A DNA stretch of 59,372 nt, counting the filler, from Sphacelaria rigidula (taxonomy: Eukaryota), in NCBI GenBank assembly GCA_964200075.2. It is 3 parts of 3 records of this genome, joined end to end, with 100 filler letters (N's around TTAATTAATTAA, not from the genome) between each part and the next. Parts side by side here need not be neighbours in the genome. Positions count along the whole stretch, not along the records: positions 39,651 to 59,372 come from CAXNAA020000624.1; 2 more parts are not named here. One strand, written 5' to 3'. Under the pieces are notes generated by a model. That model saw nothing but the letters and a program-made list of their open reading frames with translations. It was not told where the DNA came from and did no database searches. This document shows positions 51,501-59,372 of the stretch, one piece after another. A program made the translations under genes and the position numbers. Every line of letters begins with the position of its first letter. Positions within the stretch are counted from its first letter, which is position 1.

Positions 51501-53178
51501 TAGGGTAGATGTGGGTCCTCTTCGGCCGTCACGTACTTTGGATGCCGTATTGGCTTGACAGATGACATGGTGATTTCATTCGATTTAAAACATCCAATAC
51601 AAACTGACGGCGAAACGCAGGCAACAAAACAGTGAAGAAGCTCAAGAATTACCAAGGCCCAAAAAACGAGCACGAGGTGAGAGAGGACGAGAGGAAGCAT
51701 GACAAGCGCACATACTCTTTGGTACATGCTGTGGCACACCTTTGCACGTCCCGCCCTGGCATTCCAAGGAGCTGCAGCAGTCGTCGTGGCTGGCGCATGA
51801 CTCATCGGCCATGCTGCATTTGTCTGCAGTTGTTCGAGGAGCGGAGAGCAGGGGGAGGAGCTGATCATATCGGGAAGACTTGAGACGTACTTTCGATCCC
51901 GACGATACGAGACGACCACCAACATGTGCAAACGATTCGTCGATGATCCTGCCGCATTTTCATCACTTCGAGGGCAGAAGCTCTCGTCGGTAGAACGTCA
52001 ACGAGGGGCCTGAAACACCGATACACGAAGGAATAGCTGAACTTCTCTTCGCTTGCGATCCACGATGCCTACTCCTCGATGACAACAAGCATGCAGTGCG
52101 GGCCGTGAAATTCGTAGTTCCCAACCCTTGAAACGCGTAAATGCTGTCGAGCTGAGGCAGCAGAATTTGGCATATTTCATGTGATGATTCGAAGGTGGAT
52201 ATATATCATATATATCTCACCTAGGGGATTATTTCACGACGATCTGAGACTCCAACGAGTCGCACAACCGCCGTACGGCAAACGAGGAACGAGGAGGCGG
52301 TCACAACATCTCCGGGGAGAAGGAACGCCACTTGCCTTCCCTGAATCGTGAGGCTTTGTATTGTCGAATGAAGAAAATTAAGCAGTACTCTGCGCACATG
52401 TTTGCGGTTGTCCATCACTCATCTCACCCCAAAAATCGCCCTCATCGAAGAAGACCCGCTACCTCACACCCCAAACGGTCCCCGGTGTGGATTTGTGAAC
52501 TCTAATGTGCCGATTCGTACCTTGGCAATAGCCCCAGCTGCACTGCATGCCGGTGCAGCAGTCGTCATCATGAGAGCAGGTGTAGCCGGCGCGTTGACAT
52601 CGTTCCCCTTCGAAATTTTGCAAATATTAAACGGGGGTGTGTGGACACGACGCGACAGCAGCATGCGTTTTCGATTCAATAGAGAAACATGCCATCATAG
52701 ATTTCTAGCGATTATAACACGAAACCGCGCACCACGTCGGCTAATTGATAGTAACATCTTACCAACTCGCGTACTGCCATGTATATTATAATCCGACACT
52801 ACTGGCCCGCACTCCATCCGGCCATATCGAGATCTCGGAACCATGACGGTATCTCACAGGCTAGGAATGTGACGATGATACTTGATGCTGTGGATCGTCC
52901 ATCGATGTATTACGATATCATATACCAGATCAAGCCAATTTTAGAGGACGATGCGCATCCCTATCTTTTGTGCCCTCGTGTCGAAGAAACAAAAATGTGC
53001 TAGTACTCGATACTAAGCTGTTCTTCCTCAAGTTGCCTTCAGTTCACGCCACCCTTGCCCTTTTATTGAACTCACAATCTCCATCGTCGTCCTTTCGCCG
53101 TCCTCCTCTTGTCCAGAAGGTTGCCGAAGCTGGCAAAACAAGCAGCAACGCCGCCGCCGCAGTGCTAAGCCCCCTCAT
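42585..53178 (-). CDS. Secreted multi-cystine-knot (knottin/ICK-like) repeat protein with C-terminal GDPH vWD/root-cap-like domain; 13 exons, about 682 aa
   Basis: Exons: 53178-53076 (MRGLSTAAAALLLVLPASA signal peptide), 51823-51740, 51258-51175, 50742-50644, 50241-50158, 49467-49381, 48806-48714, 48681-48589, 47681-47565, 46260-46162, 44874-44752, 44110-43419, 42875-42585. All introns are GT-AG. The lengths sum to 2049 nt with no internal stop. Confidence 0.82.
43419..44110 (-). CDS. Exon 12: vWD/root-cap-like domain starting EAEGDPHLVGFRGQKFDFTGQDGGYYALL
   Basis: GC-rich coding ORF (43287-44105 in the track), acceptor ctccag| and donor CAG|gtactg. It continues in frame into exon 42875-42585 (LAMRDP...GVLGETL...RGTEEDYRV). 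Confidence 0.9.
46672..47347. mobile_element. Nested MITE-like elements in an intron
   Basis: Outer inverted ends gagtacaccccacc..tattcagcccggg / cccgggggctgaata..ggtggggcgcactc. The inner element is gacccta...tagggtc with repeated ATCGCGAT palindromes. Confidence 0.45.
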
Positions 53179-55154
53179 CTGCTCGGCTCATTCATCACGC
53201 GACCGAGATATAGGCACGCGCGGACGAAGGAACGTGCGCGACAGTGCATTCACGAGAACGAGCACAAGATGAGGACGCGAGGATACAGATGGATACAAGT
53301 GTGACAGGATCGCCACAAGCGGTTGGCGTTGGGGTTGAAGGAGACGGAGGGGGAGCGAGGGGGGGTGTATTCATGATCTTGCATGCCCTGGTCCCAACAC
53401 CACAGATCTCGCATCCCTACAAACACCCAAGACAAAGCCCACTAGGGTTTAGCCAAACCAGTCTCTCAACCACCAAGCGTGAAGCGCCGTGATCTCGCCG
53501 GCGAGACATATGATGAGCGGTGACCTGTTTCCTGTGAAGCCTGTTCGGCCCGAAGCGTACTGATTGCAGTAGTTTCCAGCAAAATCAGGGGGTCTTTGTA
53601 GCTCTTTTATTGGCGATTTTTGGTAGTTCTTTCGCATATCACCGCTCGTCCCAGCGAACGGTTGATCCCAAATTGAAAGATCTGGGGATACTGAGCATCC
53701 GCTCTGAATTCCGAAAAAAAAATCATCCCAGCAACATTGAACAACTCACGGGATGACCGGTCCAGGTTTTGACCTTCGAGTATTTCTGCTCGATTGAAGC
53801 GATCCCAATCGCTCTCGTGAACTATGTAAATTGATTATTTGTATAATTTTCACCTATTATTCGAGCTGGAGCCAACAAACTGTATTTTGGACCAGTGACG
53901 ATCGTCAACGCCCGCTGACATACGAGGTCCTTGCTCCGTGTCACCTACCACATCGACTTGAGGATCGTGTACCGAGCACCACCTACTTGTTCCCCGGTTT
54001 AGATCAGCGCTAGGACTTTCGAGAGCTGAACGATACGTACTATTCGAGAAAATCCAGAAAAATATCAAACTACGAAAATCACACACACGAGCCTTGTATA
54101 GCACGAAGGGAGACGAATCCATCCCGATCGCTCTCGTGAATATTTTTTCATACCCTTATTTCGAGGTTCAAGTATTCATTGCGCAAGAGCCGAAGTAAAA
54201 TGTATATAGGAAAAAACTTCCGATCGGATCGCCGAAATTCCCCGAAATTGGATTTTCCCGTAGGACCTCAACATTTCGGTTNNNNNNNNNNAAGATTTTA
54301 ATCCTCCGGGTTCTTTTCCTCAATGAAAAGCACCATCCTCAACATAGATGATCGGCTGTTATACCCAAAATTTATTCCCCGGCTGATGACGAACGCAAAA
54401 CCCAGCCAATATGCCGAAATGTGTTACTATAATGACCGCAATGAACAGACAAACATTGTGGCATGGCCATAGTTCGTTCAGGGCAATAGCGGTGGCGCTA
54501 TGGACCGAAGTATGTCTCGAGCAATCAGCGCCCTCCACATTGTTCCGAGATCGAAAACACGAATTAGAAGTCCAATTACAACCAAATCTGCACATGGTTC
54601 AACTCGTAGTAGCCATCATCAGCCTGGAAATCTAACGGGAGAAACAGAGTTGAAAACGATGCCAACGGGGTCGAATTACGCTCAAAACCGGTAATGTTTC
54701 GGTGATGTGGAGCTTCGGCGTCGTCCAACTTCCTCCCATGATATGTACGAAAGATCCACGGAGTGTCGTGACCATTTCCCCTTCATCTGTTGCAGAAAAG
54801 CTCACATCATCCTCAAACTTGGCAGTTTTGTAGGAATTGATGCTTCAAATGGAAAAATTTCATTCTCGGCAAAATTCCAGAGTTTCTCTGTTCTCTACCG
54901 GCTTCCGCGGGTCCCAGCATGAAGACCCACAGAAACCGGTACAGAATGCCTCAACCCCCAAAATTATTTCGACACCTTGAGGTTAGTGGTATCCCAAGGA
55001 ATATTTGTGCGAATTTTCATGACCCAACTCGAAAATCTAGACTAGAACAGCGCGTGCAAGCCAAAAATAACCGGTAAAGTCGTCCCTTTATTCTTCAATC
55101 AAGTAATTAGGGGGACACGCAGACTTTTTCATACTTCAGCGCACGTTTCGCGAT

Positions 55155-55435
55155 TTCCTCACGCCGGTTTTTCCAGTTGGACCACGAAAATTTGTACACA
55201 TATTTCTTGAGGGCACTATCCAAAACTCGAAAACCGTTTTTTTATTCCAATTTTTTTGTTTTTGACTTTTCATCCAAGGTCGCGGTTGACCTACTTGACC
55301 GGGGGATGGGTCAAATCCCGACCATCTCGACATCAATTTCTTTTTCAAACCCCGGTCTTCGAGTTTTAGATAGTGCCCTCAAGAACATGTGTGCAAATTT
55401 TTGTGTTCTGATAATATGAAAAATCGGCGTGAGTA
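55155..55435. repeat. Foldback / long inverted repeat, probably a non-autonomous DNA element
   Basis: ctcacgccggttttt...aaaatttgtacacatatttcttgagggcactatccaaaactcgaa pairs with ttcgagttttagatagtgccctcaagaacatgtgtgcaaattttt...aaaaatcggcgtgag. Confidence 0.75.
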
Positions 55436-55686
55436 ATTCCCGGGGAATGAATTTTGGGCGTTCAATTTGAACCAGCTCGTAAAACACTCGAGTACTCAAA
55501 AGTACATACTCTACTCGACCTGCCCTCCTTGGAGATTTGGAACAAGTTCCAAGAACGCTCCATGATCAGTAATGAACCAAATGCGACCCCCGTCGCGATA
55601 ATGGACGAAGAGGTAACATATTTGCGGGGACAGCCAACGGCAGAGAATTGCACATACACAAGAGTGCCGTAGCCAAGACCATATAC

Positions 55687-56046
55687 AGTGTGTGTGTTGT
55701 CGTCCCATCTATTTTGGACGCCAGTCTACACCTTTCAGGATATGTGGGCGCATCAGCCGGGGTCACACAAGAGGAAGCTCAACACAGGAGATTTTTCCTT
55801 TCCATTTGTTTTTATTGCAATACCCCACCTTCCTTCTGCGGTGCTTGCCTTTATTTTTTTATCGTGGTTCAGCAGTCCCTTTCCCTCGTCGACCGTTCAG
55901 TCGATTTTCGTGTACCCACGACATAGTCGCTCTCCACTGCTGGGCACGGTGTAAGAAAAAAATCCCAGATCGCTTCGGGAATCGAACCCCACTATCATCC
56001 GTCAGAAGGTCACGAGGTTACCAACTGAGCCACCGGAGCGAACCGC
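55687..56046 (-). mobile_element. tRNA-derived SINE, full-length and best-preserved copy
   Basis: Reverse strand reads ccggTGGCTCAGTTGGtaacctcgtgaccttctgacggatgatagtggGGTTCGATTCCcg (Pol III A and B boxes), then a body of about 280 bp and an ACACAC tail. Confidence 0.85.
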
Positions 56047-59000
56047 TACACAGTACAGTGCAGTATTCCACGTGGAACACTACCTTCGTCTGGAATGCGA
56101 CGCTGAATTGTTGCAAGCTTGGCGCCTAGAGGTATGGGCATAATAATGTGTTGACACCACACGACGCCGCAACGGCGTTGGCTGGCCACGTGTTCAAGGG
56201 GCTTGAACGCCAGTCCCTCAAACACGCGTGATTTAACACTTGCTTGGCGACTCCTTGTCAGATGTTCCAGGCCACACCCTCATCGATACCATACAGATAA
56301 TCTTGGAGCCATATAAAAAAACTCTCGAATATCTGCCGATTTTCGGCAACGTTCGATTGAATAAAACGGAGAGACCAACGGTGAGATCACCTTCCGCGAA
56401 GCTTGCATCCAGGCAAGACGAAGGAACATCGTGTCCTACATTCACCGCTTGTGGCGGACAAACCAAACACACCTCTGACTGAGGGTATCACGCCCCCACA
56501 GACGCGGCGCACTCGTGTATCCGATGTACAGTGAGTGATCACGTCGTCGCCGTAAATAGCGAGCGAACTAATTTCTCCGAACAGCAGGATGCCCACGCTC
56601 GAACTTCATCACACCAATCCCTGGTGTGGGTATTGGGCTCAAATCGGGTGAACTTTGGGCGGGAAAAAATTGGGCGCGTACTTGAGACTTGTGGATCTGT
56701 GACTGGGGTTGTACGCGGTCATGATCGAAACCGGAGCAACAGGCTGTGGAGATAATCTTGAGATAATATATGCTAACGTGAGCCGCAGATCCTCTAGGGC
56801 ATCAGTCGCAGCACATTAATTGAATTCATACTGTGATATGCACGAAACGGGTTTTTGCTCTTCTCGTGAATACCATGCCGATTCAACGCATGGCCCACCA
56901 TGGTGATCAAAGGGACAAACGATGAGCTACTCAAGCACGTGAGAGGCCGTAGGTGAAATGTGGTACCAACAGTGTATCAAAACCGAACCATAGAAAGTGC
57001 GGCGGAATCAAGCAGATTTTTCGTAGAGGGTTGAATTAACGGACTTTGAAGTTTTGCCCAGAAGGACGCAGCCCACGCGTTGACAGTGGGGATTTCAACA
57101 CAATGACACGATACAATCGGTGTGAAACGACACAACGTGAAGCTCTCCGAGCGGGCCATACAGCCACCTTTCAAGTGTTGGTAATACTGATTCAAGGCCT
57201 CACCCACCCTTGCGGTCATCAACGGATCCTACTTATTACACGCATCAACACCAGCAAGCGGATTTGTAATAATGTTTTTGGGGCGTAACGGGATGAACGG
57301 ATATCCCATTATTTGACATGGAATATCAACGGTCGCGAATTGTATGCGGCTTACTACCGAAACTTGGAACCCCTACGAACTATGAGCAATATCGGAACAT
57401 GCGCGCAGTAGCTCCGTGACCTTTTGTCTGGCTTTGTTCGAATCTCGATGGCTACGGAGGTCGGGGGGAGCGGGGGGATCGTCGACTCTTGACGTTCAGC
57501 TTGCCACGTACACCGCAGACGCCTCGTAATACGGTACTGTGCCAAACAGACACGGACTGGTTTGAACGTACAGTACTCCATGCAACAGAAGTGGCCAGTG
57601 CCCAAAATGTACTCTCAAGATCTGTTGTGCCGCACGGTATACAGTTGCACAAAAGTGTTGCAATTTGTCCGGTACCGCTGTTCATCATTGCTGTTGTCAA
57701 GCAAGCCGTAGACGTGTACAGTCAAGACCCAACCAGGCTGTGAGGTGTCAAACCAGATGGTGTACGCAAGGGCAGAGCACGATGTTGATATCCTGAGGGG
57801 GCAGCTGGTTACGCCAGTGCTCGATGTTACACTCCAGCCCTTTTTCCTGACATGAGTGCCAGTTCGGACCTGGTGTCGAAGTAGTGTGTCTTCTCAGGGA
57901 CAACGCACTTGACATTCCAGCACGGCGCGCGACACAGCCCGACAGAAGGTGTGCAAAATACGCCGGGTGTACACCCCTTCAGTCCAATCTTCCGTGTATG
58001 ACCACATTTCATCGTTGTATCCTGTGCGAGAAAGTAACCAAATGTCCTCTCGCTGCCCTCAGGGTACAATGCGCTCGCTGCCCTCAGGGTACAGTTCGCG
58101 CACTGCCGCCGCTATTTATGAACAAAAAGATCCTCTGGGCGCGTGCAGGTTTCCATTGGATACGAGAAGATGCAACACATACCTCAACTTTGAACACTAA
58201 ACTCACGTATGCGCACTGCCATGCGCTCTATAATTACCTTGATATAGCCCCTGTGATAGCACTCTCCGCCTCGCAGCCTCCCACTTCAGTCACACCACCG
58301 AAACGTATGGTACCGTGACTACAGCACGCGGGTGGTCTGTACAGCTTGCCGTGTGAGAGAAGGGGGAGCTGCCTGTGCGTGATGTGCCTGTGAGGTGGGT
58401 GCTGTTCTAATAAATTTCATTTCGAAAAGATCCAAAAGTTTCTCACGAGTATCCCATCGTGAAAATGACGCTATGTCATTCACCGATGTTCTCTCCTACT
58501 GTACGTGCTTGCACTTCTTATGCCCCATTCTGCTGTCTTCCTCTTATGACTCGCTGCCACTGGTAGTATTGCTGTCCTTGTCTCTTCAGCCTGCGAAAAG
58601 AAACACTCCGCGCTATCGAGCGCATGCGTGTCTCGCGTTGCATGCGACATGAGCAACATGATCGACATGCATTGTCGGACGGAATTTTGCACCGCGACAT
58701 TACACATACTGTACTAGATTACTGTAGTACGATCAAAATTTACTTCCCAGTGATTCCTCACGCCGGTTATTCGTTGATTATTTATGCCGCGCTTTTAAAG
58801 GCCGACAAACATAAACGTCTGGAAAACTGCCTTTTTGGAGCTTCTGCGTCGCTTTGCGCCCTAAAGGAGAGCTGGACGGATCTTGACAAGTTGGATTGCT
58901 TTGTTCGTTGAGACGGTTTCAGCACAAATGTGCGTTTATCCGTTGGCAGCAGTATTTTCCTTGCTCATACTAGTATTTTTCCAGGTTTGTTTTTGTCCGG

Positions 59001-59372
59001 ACTTGACCGATCTCGGACGAAAATGAGCGGTCTCCGAGAAAAACACAAGTGGGTGCTGGGTCATAGAGTGTCGTTTTCCGGGTTGAAATTCTTGCGTTTC
59101 TGACTCTGGGCGGTATTTCCAGCGGCAGACATCCTGAAACCGATTGGCGAGGAGGCTTGCTCTTGCATGCCGCCAGCGTCGAGATGCTGCTCTGGCAGTG
59201 AGATACTGATTTCACCCTACGTGGTGGCGATGTGAGAGAATAACCAAGTGGTGGGGCAGGGGTCTGTCGAGAGAATTTTTCGGGCACGCAGTCCCCCCCC
59301 CCCCCCCCCCCCCCCCACGCGCGCCACTTCCGAAAAAACACAACACGTTTTGTGTTTTGTTTTTGGTTTGTT

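Noticed and set aside
55965-56046. tRNA gene
   Set aside because: The A/B boxes are followed by a multi-copy SINE body, and there is no clean cloverleaf with an acceptor stem.

Overview
Eukaryotic genomic DNA, most likely a brown alga (Phaeophyceae, Ectocarpus-like). This is inferred from a fucoxanthin-chlorophyll a/c antenna gene, bipartite plastid-targeting peptides, long repeat-filled introns and the repeat families. The window is not one locus. It is three pieces of 19,726, 19,724 and 19,722 bp joined by identical artificial 100-bp linkers (N44-TTAATTAATTAA-N44). Piece 1 holds a two-exon Lhcr-type light-harvesting gene, a decayed chromodomain Ty3/gypsy element lacking most of RT/RNase H, a pogo-type DDE transposase pseudogene and RTE-like LINE remnants. 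Piece 2 holds the 5' three exons of a SAC3A/LENG8/THP3-like gene, head-to-head with a three-exon plastid-targeted protein of unknown function that has a GC-AG intron. Piece 3 holds the most interesting feature, missed by the ORF track. It is a hand-assembled 13-exon gene (about 682 aa) for a secreted protein: signal peptide, about nine cystine-knot-like modules (C-x6-C-x5-CC-x4-C-xn-C), nearly all one per symmetric phase-1 mini-exon, then a GDPH-containing vWD/root-cap-like domain. tRNA-derived SINEs with (CA)n tails, MITEs and foldbacks are scattered throughout. All gene models were read by eye and need RNA-seq or homology confirmation.
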